Shown: positions 37,221 to 50,444, counted from the first letter of the whole stretch. The stretch is 63,083 nucleotides of DNA, filler included, from Rhabdomonas costata (GCA_019059605.1; 46 parts of 46 records of this genome joined end to end with filler, not necessarily neighbours in it); one strand, 5' to 3'. Notes: a model not told the origin generated them from the letters alone. Numbers and translations: made by a program.

Positions 37221-38178
37221 GGATTTTGCGGAGCGGGCTGCGTGGACTCCTGCAGCAGCAGTTGCACATTGTCATACCGATACGGCGAGGATTGCACCCT
37301 TCTCTGCCCGGGGTTGACCGCCACCACCACGGGCACCACGGGACTGAGCTGCAACGGCCACGGCATCTGTGACGAGGTCGTACCCCTCCCCCCTCCTGTC
37401 GCCGCTTTTGTTCAGGATGTCGCCTTGTAGCCCTAAGTGCTGCTTGTTCTCCTTTCCCTTCGAGCACACTGATCATCTGGTCGCCTTTGCTGCAGACCTG
37501 TGAGAGAATGTTACCTGACATGCACGCCGACACAGAGAGAGAGATTCGATTACGAAACACGCGTCACATGTTCCAATGTTTTCCGTCATAGCAAATCTGA
37601 CTGTGCCCGTTGCACTGCAGCAACGACAGGAAGCCCTCACCCCTTGGGACATACTGCGGCATGAGGTTGAAGCTCACAGGAGAAAAGCACCGTCGCACCC
37701 ACGCTTCTCTTCCAGCTCCCAACTCCGTTCTCGATTCTCTGCTGCGTCCACCTCTCTCACTTTCTGCCAGTGTTGTGCGCTGGTCCCTTTCCATTTTCCA
37801 GAGCCGCCGCGCGTCAAGGCTTGAGCTGCTTGTAGTTACAGAGGGCAGACCCCTTACAGTACATGGAGACCTTGTGCCCAGCGTGACTCTTCTGCTTTTT
37901 CTGGCTGATGTTTTTTGAGGGGAGGGCTTCTTCCTCTGTGGCCTTTTTCGACCCCTCTTGCGGCTCCTGAGCCATTTGCTTCTTTACCGTCTCTGGGTGG
38001 GTGGGTATGCGTATTCAGGGGGTGTACGGTTCCGGGCAGTGCTTGTGCACCGGGGGGTACGTGCTGTCGGACTGCAGTGCGCAGTGCCCGGGCACCACGT
38101 CCGCTGGGGTACCCTGCAGCGGGCACGGGACGTGCAACTCTAACACCGCGCTGTGCACGTGCTATGTGGGCTACTGGG
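37221..38178 (+). CDS. Cys-rich EGF/tenascin-like repeat surface protein, exons 37221-37376 and 38019-38178
   Basis: YGEDCTLLCPG...CNGHGICDE|GVYGSGQCLCTGGYVLSDCSAQCPG...CSGHGTCNSNTALCTCYVGYW. Confidence 0.93.
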
Positions 38179-39171
38179 GTGTGACTTTGGCGAGTGTGTG
38201 TGTGTGGGGGGGTTCAGGATAGTTATTGACGAGATTATTGGATATGCATTCAGCGAGCGTTTCTGTTCATCCTAGAAGCCGCCGTTTTGTGCAACGTCTC
38301 GAAAGCACTGCTTTTGCTAAATTGCGCATTGACGGACAAGGGGGTTCCCTGGCGTCCCCACCCCAAACCCNNNNNNNNNNNNNNNNNNNNNNNNNNNNNN
38401 NNNNNNNNNNNNNNTTAATTAATTAANNNNNNNNNNNNNNNNNNNNNNNNNNNNNNNNNNNNNNNNNNNNGTGGTGGGTGTGTTTGGGTTTTGTGGTACG
38501 GATGGATGTGTGTGTTTGGCTAGATTGGGACAAACAATACTGGCCTACCTCTTAGCTTGAGCCAAAACTAATTGGAAACTGCGGAGCTACCGAATTCCTG
38601 TGAAGAACAACAACAAAATCAACAACAGGTCATAAAAATGCCCGTCTGGTCTATTTTGCTGGAGAGGGGGGGGGCGCTAAATGTGAAAAAACGGTATTTT
38701 CCAGATGTCCGGATGTGCGGGTGATCTTACCTGTGGCTGCATATTTTTGACATGGGACGGGCTACACATAAACGTGATGAAGAATAAACTACCCAATGCA
38801 ATATAAATTAGGAACACAAACATTTTTACGAAAAGAACCGCACTGGGACATGAAAGCGCGCCATACTCCGGAGCTGCAGGAGACAAACAGTTTTTGGACT
38901 CCATCTTAGGATCGGGTGCAAGTTCTCTAAACTCCCACAGATCAAACGGAAGGAGCTGACAGAACACAGGCCGTACCAAGCACGGCACCGCCGCGGCCAG
39001 GGACCTGGCCGGGGGCGGGTCCGGTCGGTGGGGCCGTGGACTTGCCACACTCGTAGCAAAACTTCGCCGCAGGCACCAGTGAGGTGCTGCAGAACCGGCA
39101 GCACGGCAGCACCTGAGGGGCAGAAGCGAGGATGGATGGTCAGGGCGACGCTGAAGCATTCTGGTTACAGC

Positions 39172-39300
39172 CTGCCTCCCGAAGCGCAGCGTCGCCCGTC
39201 CTTGGGCACAGAATTTCTTGGCCTTTCTCCATCGGCCGGTTGTGGTTGACATAGAAGACCCCCCCAAAATGGTCAGAAAACCGGAACTCCAACCCATTCA
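39172..39300 (-). CDS. Exon with a WW-domain-like segment
   Basis: (GLE)FRFSDHFGGVFYVNHN resembles the WW core G..YYVNH; splice sites unclear. Confidence 0.45.
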
Positions 39301-40109
39301 GCAGATAACAGGGGTACAAAGCATGACGGTTCATAACTTAACAAATAAAAATCCCTTAGTGACGTCTTCGAAACATGACACTTGCCAGCTTGACAAATAA
39401 AATGCATGCCATGACCTGATCCGACTGTTCTTGCACTGCCTTGCGAAGGGAGCTCACAATGCCCACCACCTGTGAGACACGGACAGCGAAGCCAGAAATA
39501 GAAGAGTGCGTGCATGCGTGCGTGCGTGAGTGGGTCGGTGGGTCGGTGGGTGAGTAAGTGAGGGAGTGAAGGAGTGAACCCGCGTTAGGTACCGTAGAAA
39601 GGGAGAATGAACTTGAAACGCATCTCCGTGCAATATAAGGAGAACAACAAAAGACGGACTCGTCAGTGCACAGCCCGCGTGAAGACAAGGAAAGTTTCTG
39701 ACCATGACCACTGTTGCCAGTGCACGATTTACTGACCACAAAACNNNNNNNNNNNNNNNNNNNNNNNNNNNNNNNNNNNNNNNNNNNNTTAATTAATTAA
39801 NNNNNNNNNNNNNNNNNNNNNNNNNNNNNNNNNNNNNNNNNNNNGTTGTGTGGGTAACCGCGAACAGTGGGTTCAGATGTCCGTGAGTCAAGGAGCACAA
39901 CCATGTTACAAAGGAAAGAAAGGCACGGGCGTAAGCAACAAAAGAAACAAGAAAAGCACTTAGAAAGCCCAAGTAAATTTCTGCACTCGCTCGCTCAGTG
40001 GAACTCCAAGGGATATAAGTGCCTCCCTGGTGGCTCCATACAGGCGCAGACGCCTGGTGGATGAGAAGGCACTTTTGTAACTGGGTGCCGTGCTTGTCCC
40101 CTGCTGCAG

Positions 40110-40968
40110 GATGACAAGCCCAAGGAGCAGAAGAACCCCGACACCGCCAACCCCAACGAGGAGGCCATGGATGAGGATGAGAAGGCGGACGACAAGGTGC
40201 TGCGCAGCGGCACTGCCAAGCGTAGAAAGCCTGCGGTGTGCCCCTGGGACACGATAGATGCATTCACGTCATTTTTTTTTTAGCCGTCACCACCTTTTCC
40301 GGTTGACTTTGTTTGATTGCGCAAGCCTGCCTTGTAAATGCTGGTCAAATTTTAGACTCTGGTTGCTCCCCTGTGTAACGCTGTAGAATGTTGGGGGATG
40401 GTCCCATCCCTCTTTGATGGGACCATCCAAACATGAGGGAGAGTCATTTAACGCAGCGGCGTAGGTTACGTCACCGCTTGAAATTGCAGAGTTAGCCGGT
40501 TGTTACGATCGTAAAAAAAAAAGTGTGAAGAAAACGCTTGGGTCTCAGGAAACGTCTCAGAAAAACCTTCGAAATTAAACATGAGAAAAGATGAGTGAAA
40601 GATGATTCGGTGGTAAAAAAATTTTGGCCTCCGGTGAGAGTGAATTGTGCAAATGTGGACGGACGTCACACTCGCTCTTTTTGTTTTCCATCTGTGTTTT
40701 TGGGAATGCGTGTAAGGCCGCTGGAGAGACGGAGCTTCCTATGGAGGAAGACTCCGAGCCCGAGGAGGAGGACCTTCCGGAGCCTGGACAGCCTGAGACA
40801 GAGGCCCAGAAGCAGCGCCGGGGATGGCGGCTGTGGATGGGCCACGAGGCGGCCACCGCGGCGCTGGCGGCGCAGCTGTGCGAGCAGCTGCGGCTGATCC
40901 TGGAGCCCACCCAGATGGACCGCCTGGAGGGCGACTACAAGACGGGCAAGCGCATTAACATGAAGAAG
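40110..40968 (+). CDS. MDN1: Midasin (Rea1) acidic tail and start of the MIDAS region, exons 40110-40235 and 40717-40968
   Basis: D/E-rich region then LAAQLCEQLRLILEPTQMDRLEGDYKTGKRINMKK. Confidence 0.95.
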
Positions 40969-41992
40969 GTCTGTCCAACCCCACCGGGTCGCACTCAGGG
41001 TTGGTTTGGGTCAGGTCCAATTCTGCGGGTTGATGGGAATGGTTGTGGCGCAGTCGAGCACACTTTTTCTACCCTTTCTGACGTTCCCTTTGCTTATGGG
41101 TCATCCGCATCCGCTGNNNNNNNNNNNNNNNNNNNNNNNNNNNNNNNNNNNNNNNNNNNNTTAATTAATTAANNNNNNNNNNNNNNNNNNNNNNNNNNNN
41201 NNNNNNNNNNNNNNNNATGCACAAGGCTCTGGACTCTCCCGCCTCTGTGGTGGGGAATGACCAACCCTTTCTCTACTGCAGGGCGGAGATCCTTGGGAAA
41301 CCTCACTGGCGCACTAGAACCGCGGTTTTGATGGACGACCAACTTTCTGCGCTCCGCTTCTCGAGGATGGCCTCCACGGCTGGCTCCTTTTTTCTTCTTG
41401 TCCGCTGGCTTTCCGCTCTCCTCCTCCGCTTGCCATAGCGTTCGCTTATTCCCCGTGGCTCGGAGAGCCTCTCTTTGCTCATCTTCTGCGTGGAACTCTC
41501 AGACCATCTGTTCTGACCCTGGACGAGCCATGGTGCAGTCTCCGAAAATCTTTCCCGGGGTGTAGCAACTTCTTGGTCTTGTCGAACAATTATCTGCAAC
41601 CTTTTAGTGGGTTCTCATGTTTCCAGACACACTGGAACATGAGCAGACGTGTGGAGGGGGGGGGGTTGAGAATCCGCAGCCACAGTTACCCTTCCGCAGT
41701 CCCCACCCGCTGAAACAAAGTGTGAAGCATGTGAAGTGGAAGTGCATGGATGTCCAACCACTGTCAACCTGAAAGTGCCGCCTTATTGGAAAAGGTTGCT
41801 GTGACTTTCGCCCCTTTCTCTCGATTTCAGCACACACAGGTAGCGAAGCAACGAGTAGGGGTTGGCCTGTCGCAAAGTGATCTGCACACACTGGTGCTAT
41901 GATCGGTTTTTAAGCCAACCTGAGACCATTTAAAGAAATGCCTCAAACCTTTCAGGCCCTGGATGGGGGAGGGGTTGCATTGAGATGCCCAC

Positions 41993-42161
41993 CTGAGCTG
42001 GGTAGTGTTAACCGAGACGGTCGCGGTAGCGCTGAAGACCATCTCCACGTTCTTGATGTTGAGCGGGCCCACGGTGGTGATCGATACAGGCCCCAAGAAG
42101 TCCATCATCAGGGGCACCGAGGATACACCGACAATGGAGGACGTCGCGATGATGGTATAGC
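41993..42161 (-). CDS. Internal exon of a hypothetical beta-rich, probably extracellular protein
   Basis: cag|GYTIIATSSIVGVSSVPLMMDFLGPVSITTVGPLNIKNVEMVFSATATVSVNTTQL|gtggg. Confidence 0.6.
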
Positions 42162-42620
42162 CTGCATCCACCAAAGCCCGTCTCGCTTCCCACCACCACA
42201 ACCCGCCCGGTTCCGATCTTCTAAACAACAATGAGTCCGTGGGCGAGCGAGTGAGTGTGCTCGACGGCACTGAACATTGTTCGAATCCAAATGAACGGGC
42301 AGCACGCACTGTCGAACCCCACGCAGTGACACACAATACACGGGGACACTGCCAACTTCCCCACCACTTTATCGGGACTGCAGATCCTGGCAGACAACCC
42401 CAACACTGGCTGAGACTGCCGACTTATGATATGCTGAACTAAGCACGGCCGCCCGGGAGATTTCCCGCACACATGTACGACACACACCCNNNNNNNNNNN
42501 NNNNNNNNNNNNNNNNNNNNNNNNNNNNNNNNNTTAATTAATTAANNNNNNNNNNNNNNNNNNNNNNNNNNNNNNNNNNNNNNNNNNNNGTGTGGGTGTG
42601 TTTGGTTTTTTGGGTTTACG

Positions 42621-43862
42621 TTACGCGTATTTTGGGTTCGGGAGAGGGAAGACCGAAGGGCTGCTGGGTCTCCGCCCCGGTGAAGTCGCGCCGTGTCGGT
42701 GGGCCGTTGGCGAGGCGCTTTGTGAGGCACATCGGCGGAGTGGGCGGGCGGTGCCCGTGCTGCCTCCGCTCGCCTCAGGCCCGTGGCTGTCACGAGAGCC
42801 TCTGCACACGTCCGCAGCCTTGGCCGCCCCACTTCCAACGGCAGCGGCTCCTGACACTCCTCCTGCATTGCCATTTGGGCTGCACGGCAGCGCCTCGACC
42901 TTCGCCGCGAAGCAGCGAGGCAGGCGCTGGTAGCGGTCCAGGGCGCAGCCCAGCGAGTTGTAGTGGATCGGGCTGAGCGTTCGGGACCCCCAACCCACGC
43001 CCTCCTCACACAAAAACGTTCTTTTGCGCAGAAACGCTTTCAACCAATTGCACAGAGCGCTGCGAAATTTCTTCCCTCATTCGCTTGACGACCTTCTCGA
43101 GACAGGGAGTTTCTCCGCAATAGGAATAGTAATTGGGGGGGGGGTGCTCTTCCACAGAACACCCCTCCTCACCCAGCCACACACCCAATATAATGGTCAG
43201 GTCATGGGTCCAATTCAAAGGAAGAAAGACCTCAACAGAATGCAGAACAAACCTGAGGTAGGTGAGGAAGATGACCTCCGCCGCCTTCCCTGAGCTGGGC
43301 TGGTACCGCAGGAAGGCCGCCCCCGCGGTGGAAAGCACCACGTAGGCCTCGAGCTCAAAGCGGTCGCACAGGGCATGCAGAGCAAGCTCGTCCCCCCAAG
43401 CGCGGTCTTTGGCTTGGTGGTCGACGTACTTCTTGAACTCCTATGTTAGAGATGTTGCAAGGCTTGAGCAAAGCTCCACTTAACTCCACAACCAAAAATC
43501 AGAAGTCCTTGCCGTCAGAAACCTGAAGCTGCTTCGTTTCAACACCACTTCACCCCATTTAAGGTGACAAACAGAGGTGCATTTGGCCCCACCATGAAGA
43601 ATTCATGCTTTCTATCTTCTTTTTGGGAAAGAGCCAACGAAAATCTCACTGTTCGCGTTTGCAAGGCAACTTCAGGCACGAAAGGAAAACGAAGCAACCA
43701 GAGGGCCGGCAAAGTACACCCCCACGAACTCGCGCTGGCAGGCCTTGAGATGCTCCACAACCTCTGCCCGGAGATGGGCGTGCATGTGCTGCCCACCATA
43801 TAACTGTTGACTCACCGCACGGTAAAGACAGTTCCCGTCGTCCTCCACGGAGCACTCGGCCG
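42621..43862 (-). CDS. OTU-domain cysteine protease/deubiquitinase, exons 43862-43720, 43440-43253, 42972 to about 42621
   Basis: VEDDGNCLYRAVSQQLYG..HAHLRAEVVEHL; WGDELALHAL; FLTYLS|PIHYNSL; catalytic Cys and His motifs present and introns in phase. Confidence 0.93.
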
Positions 43863-44972
43863 NNNNNNNNNNNNNNNNNNNNNNNNNNNNNNNNNNNNNN
43901 NNNNNNTTAATTAATTAANNNNNNNNNNNNNNNNNNNNNNNNNNNNNNNNNNNNNNNNNNNNAGTCAGAGATCTTCGTTGTATCCTTCCGCCATTTTGAA
44001 ATTTGCTGCGGAAATCTTGCCCATGGCAACCAGAGGACTCTGCTATGCACCCGCATCATGCTGTGGTGCTCATCGCTCCTTTTGACGTTGGGCCGCTCGT
44101 GCTGGTGTGGACGCTTTTTCCGTCCCGTTTGGGCCGTCGATCAGGATAGGGCTTCCTTTTTGCTTCCGTGTTTGGTTCCCGTGGATGATGTCATCTGACT
44201 CCCACAGACAGAAGGTGTCACAGAAGCTGCTTCACTGGAGCTGTCACTGATGTCCACAGGATCAGTGGTGTTAGCGGACTGGTGACGAACTGCTGCACTG
44301 GGAGGCGGCATGAGCTTCACGGGCTGCTCTTCAGGGGCTTCATCTGGCTTACTTCAGCTTCGCGCTTTCCCCCAGCGGTATCGTGATCTAAAGCAGTCGC
44401 GACGGCTCCAAAAGCTCCAAAAGGAAGGGTGAGGCTGACGCATTGCCGGGGTGAAGGTCGGGCTGAGTCAGCCGAAGAATGGCTCCTCGCTCCAGGCGAT
44501 TGCGGAAGAAGGAGGGCGCGTCAACAACTGGAAACAGGCCGCCTTCGTCAATCACAATCCACACACACACACACACAAGCCATGCTGTGCAGTTGTGCAG
44601 TAACAAGTTCTGCAGTGGAGCATCAAAAAGCTGTGTTGCGAGGCTTTTTGTGGAGATTGAGGAACGATACCAAACTCAAACAAGATGAGACCATCAAAGC
44701 AAGGATGAAGAATGGCAACAGCGAGCTCCAGCCAAAAGTGTTATCATCAAAAAGCACCTCCAAGAACGGTTTTGGGCACAAACTGCAGCAATGGGTTGAC
44801 TTCTGCAGCCTTTTGGGAGTGCCAGCCTTGACTTAACCCCTCTAATTGGAGGAATGGAGTGTCCAATAACTCGATGTCCAGGTCTTAGCCCTGAGAGGCT
44901 CTTATCAAGGATACAAGGACCGGAATTGGTATTCATTCATTATTCCAGTAACGAATGAAGCAAAGCCGAAAC

Positions 44973-45146
44973 CTTCTTGAGGAAGTCATCAAAGAAGGAC
45001 AAGGTGCAGTCCGAGGCTGGCACCAGAGTAACTGGAGTGGCAGGTCCTGCCTGCCGTATGGGTACAACGACGGGCAGAGACAAGATATTGGCGCCACCAG
45101 GTAATTGAGAGGAGTACACCGGTCCAAAGGCAACGGTCTCGGAAGT
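44973..45146 (-). CDS. Internal exon of a hypothetical protein
   Basis: cag|TSETVAFGPVYSSQLPGG...SDCTLSFFDDFLKK|gtttcg. Confidence 0.5.
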
Positions 45147-45995
45147 CTGCACTGCATCCACATACCACATCTGCAAAAAAAAAAAACGTCGGCATTTTGC
45201 TTCATTTTCAAATCAGAGGAGAAACACCACCCACCNNNNNNNNNNNNNNNNNNNNNNNNNNNNNNNNNNNNNNNNNNNNTTAATTAATTAANNNNNNNNN
45301 NNNNNNNNNNNNNNNNNNNNNNNNNNNNNNNNNNNGTTTTGTGCTCATTCGTGTCTCTCGTATGTTATGTTTTTGTGCCGTTGTGGAACATATTCTTCGC
45401 TCTGTCCTGGGGAATCCCTGCCGCCCACGTTGAAGGAGCACACGGAGCACATGGGTTGAGCGCGTCCCTCCCTTTCCCTCTTTCACCCATTCACGTGACA
45501 TGTCGGTATCTCTTTCTCTCCGCGTGTGCGCGATATGAACGGCAGTGCAACTAAGTATCTCAGGAACAATTTCTCCCCGCGCAGGAGGCACACAGATTAC
45601 CGTCGTTGGCGACGGGTTTCTGAACTCTTCGTGGGCGATTCAGTGCATCTTCGGAACGGTGAGTGTTTATGTGCGTGTCATCCGCTTTGAACAAACTTTC
45701 CACTTGTGAGGATTTTGGAGAGTTACGATTGGTGTCATCGTCTTCTCCTTTCTGCAACTATTGCCTCAGTCGAAGCCCTCCTCTTTTGATTCGCACCCTG
45801 TGCAACGCTTGCATCGCCTTCGTGGGAAAAGACATTTCACTCCACAACTTCTCCTGAATACTTTTCTAATGTCGTCTTTTTTGTCTTCTTTTGACACCTT
45901 TATGTCAAACCTTGGATGTTCACGCGCAATGTCGAGCAAAGCCTGTGCCTGTCTGCAACATGCGATGGGAATGGGCTATAGTTGGTGGACTCTAG

Positions 45996-46587
45996 CCCGG
46001 TGGTGCTGAACGACACCACTTTGGTGTGCACGACCCCCTCTGGAGGTGAGCAGGGGTGTTCGGGGATTCCTCTCGAGATCGGCTTGGGTTCAACCACTAC
46101 GCGGAATTTGATCCCGTTGATCCAGAGGGCCAGCGCGACCATCCTTGCGGTGCAGCCCAGGTGCGCTTTTGTGGATTTCATACGACGGATACGGTTTCGC
46201 GTGTATTAACTGCACTCGACATCCACAATGCTGTGAATGGAGTGTAGTTTTGGGTCGGTTGACAGTCGAGCATGCCAAAAAACCACCACCGTCCGGTATG
46301 GTAATTCAATCGAACTGAACAGTTGTTGGGACTTGTTGCACTTGTTGCTGATATTTTTGCTACCTGTGGATGCGGCTTTTGTTGCATCTCCTCTTTTCTC
46401 GCAGCCGCGGCTACTACAACACCTCTCTGGTCATCACCTTGACCGGCCAGGGCTTCTCCAGCACGCCATACGTGCGGTGCATGTTCTACACCGCGGCGCC
46501 AGCCCCGCTGTGGATCCCCCCGATCTACACCACTCTGGTGTTCAGCACCAGCGAGGAGGTGACCTGCGAGCAACCTGTGATGACCAG
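45996..46587 (+). CDS. IPT/TIG-domain surface protein, exons 45996-46160 and 46405-46587
   Basis: VLNDTTLVCTTP...TILAVQPS|RGYYNTSLVITLTGQGF....VRCMF...STSEEVTCEQP. Confidence 0.88.
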
Positions 46588-47288
46588 GTGCCCTGCCCCC
46601 CCACACCCNNNNNNNNNNNNNNNNNNNNNNNNNNNNNNNNNNNNNNNNNNNNTTAATTAATTAANNNNNNNNNNNNNNNNNNNNNNNNNNNNNNNNNNNN
46701 NNNNNNNNTGTGTGGGCAGCAGCTGTTGTGCCCAGCATGCGATTCCATCAGGCACTGAGCGGTCGTCCCCCGCCACTCCCACTTCCGCGGCAAAATACAA
46801 TTTTTAAGTTGCTTTGGTTGGTTCATATCAGAACAGCAGGCCTGGAGCCTTTCTGCTTTCTTCAATACTTTCCCGGGCTCACAGAAAACCTCTTCCTACT
46901 CCTATCGCCCTTTTTAATGGCTTACATGAAAAATCGGGAACGGTCACTGTGTCTTGTTATGACGGGTCCGGGGGGTAACGGGTGGACAACGACATCGATT
47001 GAGCAAAGGTTGGCGAAACGCTGCGGTCCTCTTATCTTACGCGGATGTCAGTGTGTCCTTGGCGGCCTTTTTGTATTGTGACTTGCCCCACCAAAGCTAT
47101 AGGAGCCCATAACATGTGCACACCCACCCCAATCTTCGAGAACCAACGTACTGGACGGCCGTCTGGCACCGCCCATCACGAACAGTCACCCTTCCTTCCG
47201 AATGCTCACACGAGAGGGGGAGTGGAGTGGGAGAAGAAAAGAGGCTGTCAACCTCGTTCACCACAGTGGGGTCGAATAGGAGGATCAC

Positions 47289-47981
47289 CGAGTTCGTCAC
47301 GAAGTCAGTGAGATGGGAGGTGGGGCAGCTCAGGAGGTACCCGTCCGGCAGCGAGGTGTTGCGGGAGCCCAGGAACGAAAGCCCGCGCTCGATCCACCGC
47401 TGGCTCGGGGTGTCAAAGTACCTGACACGTGCGAAAGTACATGTACGAAGGCGAGCCCGCTTCCCCACACCTTTCCCTAAGCACCCGAAATTATCGCCAA
47501 CCGGCCTTTGATATGTGACATGTGTCAAGCCGAATGTGGACGCAGAAGACCAAAAGAAAAGGTAAACGAATGTGGCGATTTATTCTGCGCCGTCCCCTCG
47601 ACCCTCCGGATAGGGTGTGAGCCAGAGACAGGGGCGAAAGAGGTTGATAGTGATACCTCCGCTTCGTGACCACAGCACACTGATAATAGTGCGTCCGTGA
47701 ATTCTGGCTTGCCAGCTTGCGTATGATGCCCTTCTGATGCAGCCCTGGTACGGCCAAAACTACGCCAAAAACCACAATGATGCCGCTGGGGTACCACGAA
47801 GCGGAGGGGAATGGATAGGGTTTCCCGAATGACGCACCTGCAGGTTATAGGGGCGGTAATGTCATGAATCAGGTAGCGCATGGAGATGACAATGGGCACA
47901 GTCAGCCCCAGCACATTCAGTACATTCCCCGTGGTGTCCCGAAGCTGTGGCAGCCACCCATCCGCCAATTGCCGAATCACC
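47289..47981 (-). CDS. GAIN/GPS-motif protein of polycystin-1 type, exons 47981-47838 and 47421-47289
   Basis: APITCR|YFDTPSQRWIERGL...LLSCPTSHLTDF, with the HL/T autoproteolysis site. Confidence 0.82.
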
Positions 47982-48974
47982 NNNNNNNNNNNNNNNNNNN
48001 NNNNNNNNNNNNNNNNNNNNNNNNNTTAATTAATTAANNNNNNNNNNNNNNNNNNNNNNNNNNNNNNNNNNNNNNNNNNNNCGGGGGCAGAGTGGAGTTT
48101 TTCTGCCCCCGCTCAAGGCTCTCAGCAGCTCTGGGGTTTCCCCGCACGGCTGACCTTCCACGGACCGTAAGGGGGTGAGCACGCACTGTAAATTCTTCTC
48201 CGCAACCCTCCCAAACACACACAGAACCACACGCACACACACAAGCACTCTCTCGTGCACAGACAGTGGTCTGGACACACGCCGACGGTGCTGCGTTTAT
48301 GTGTATGTGCTTTCGGACCGAGCGCTCTCATTTTTTCCGTCGCGCAACACCGCTGCCTCCATCGTTAGTGGAGCCATCTCAAAGCGAGAGTTTCTTTTTT
48401 CTCTACTGGAAGGGGAGCGGTACTTGCCCCTTTCTAGTGATTTGCTTTTGTTGTGTTCCCCTTCCCCGATGGTGAGGGGCGAGCTGGCCACTTGCTGCGC
48501 CACCTGTATGCCGTCCGTGAAAGGCGATGTCAGCTTCCTACAAGTTACAGACCCATGACAAATAAGATCCGATAGTATGCTCTGGGTATGTCAGCACTAC
48601 ACAGGCCTCAGCCCGTCTCTATAGTGCGACGATTTTGCTGAGGTGCGATGGAATTTTCCAAAGTCTGTGTCCTCCCCCGGCTAGCCTGTGGTGGGATCGT
48701 GGACTTCTTCTGATTGTGCAGCCGCGTGGAACTCTCCGCGACGACGCTTTTGCGGGGGGCGTGCGCCTTGGTTCACGCTTTTCTGCCCCGCAACCGTGTG
48801 TGCCGTGCTTCGTGCTTCGTGCTCTGCCCTGCCGTTTTTGTTCGTCTTTTATGTGGGTCGAGGTCGTTCATGCCATGTCCTTGGGCTCAGCGCCGCAACT
48901 CACGAAATGGAAATTAAACGCTCTTGACAACAGAAAAGTTTAGGAAAACACGAGTGCTCCCATAAATCCTCCAT

Positions 48975-49345
48975 AATTCGTTGCGCAATCTATGCACGTG
49001 ATCCAGGAAATGGTTGTGTGGTGGTCTACATTCATTGAATAAAACTCTTCCTCCCTGTCGCAGCACCTACTATTTTCGCGAAGTTAAACGGCATACGCTT
49101 TTTAACCCCCTGCGAGATATAAAAAGATTCACTGGAAATGTCCAACACAAATTTGCTCCATCAAGGAAAGAAAGGGGTCCTTGCCATCCCAGTTTGCTCT
49201 CCACTGGAACTCCTTCACATACTCTAAGGCGGCACTTCTGGTCACTACACACAACCCCAGGCTTTCCCCTGTACACACGGGGCTCTCGGAGAACCCCATA
49301 ACCTGTCAGCCACTCTCGGAGCTTACTTTCGTCATTGCAGAGGCC
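48975..49345 (-). mobile_element. Possible decayed Merlin/IS1595 (ISXO2)-type transposase N-terminal region
   Basis: DESKLREWLTGYGVLR...C..QKC...GW...SFLDGANL, then NVDHHTTISW in a shifted frame. Confidence 0.35.
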
Positions 49346-49461
49346 CACAACAANNNNNNNNNNNNNNNNNNNNNNNNNNNNNNNNNNNNNNNNNNNNTTA
49401 ATTAATTAANNNNNNNNNNNNNNNNNNNNNNNNNNNNNNNNNNNNNNNNNNNNGTTTTTGT

Positions 49462-50444
49462 GTCGGATGTCAGTGCCTCCAGCGTGCGGCCAAGCCGCTC
49501 TGCAGTGTCCTCGACCTGGAAAGACAGACAGCAACACAACGCTGTGCAATACTTCTTCAAAGTTGCGCAATGCACAGTTTCGAGCACAAGGTCATATGTA
49601 ACGCATTATGATGTGATATATGCATATTACAATGTAATACAATACACACAATAACAATTTAATAATGCACACGCTGTTGTTGTCAACGATGTATTTATGA
49701 ACAATGTGTTTATGAATACATACATTACATTCGTATATACGATTACGATATGAATGTATACATATCCTACTCGTATATACATAATACATACACTGCCTTC
49801 TCAGGTATGAATCCAGCGCCATACTGTATCATATGCGTACTTCGGATAGCAGACAGCATTTTCCCGATCACCAGCCGCTTTTCCCACAGCTATTGCTGTC
49901 CCTCCCCCATCACACTCCCACACACAGCCATGACCCTTTCCAGAGCTTTTTCAGTCATCAATGCGCTTCACCACTCCACCACCACCACCACAGTTCCCAC
50001 CCTCCCACACACATGGGCCCCAAAGCCCATAAAGTCCCAATCTGCGACCTGAGTCTTCAGGGCCTGCAGGGTGCGCTCCTCGATCTCCCTCAACGCCCGC
50101 GGCAGGCGGGAGGCATCCAGCCGCTCCGCAGACCTTTTCACAATCTCAGCAGCCGTGTGCAGCTCCGCATCGGCGTCCTTGCACTAGCCGAAAAAACAGG
50201 GGCCTCGCGCTCATTCTCCTTTTCTCTCGCACCCACGCACGAATCAGAAACAAACTTGCGCATGAGTAACTATCTCATATTTCAGATGGAAACACTTACT
50301 CAGAATTCTTACACTCTCACAGATGGAAACAGAAACTCTCTCTCTCTCCCATCCACCCCAGAAATACGCAGCCGCGCGGCCAACCTTCTTGGTAAACGCG
50401 CTGACCGTCTGCTGCTGTTTCCTTTTCAGCTCCTTGAGCTCCTC
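49462..50444 (-). CDS. Coiled-coil hypothetical protein, exons 50444-50385, 50183-50049, and 49515 to the contig edge
   Basis: Three phase-0 GT-AG-bounded exons: EELKELKRKQQQTVSAFTKK|CKDADAELH...LQALKTQ|VEDTAERLGRTLEAL. Confidence 0.75.
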
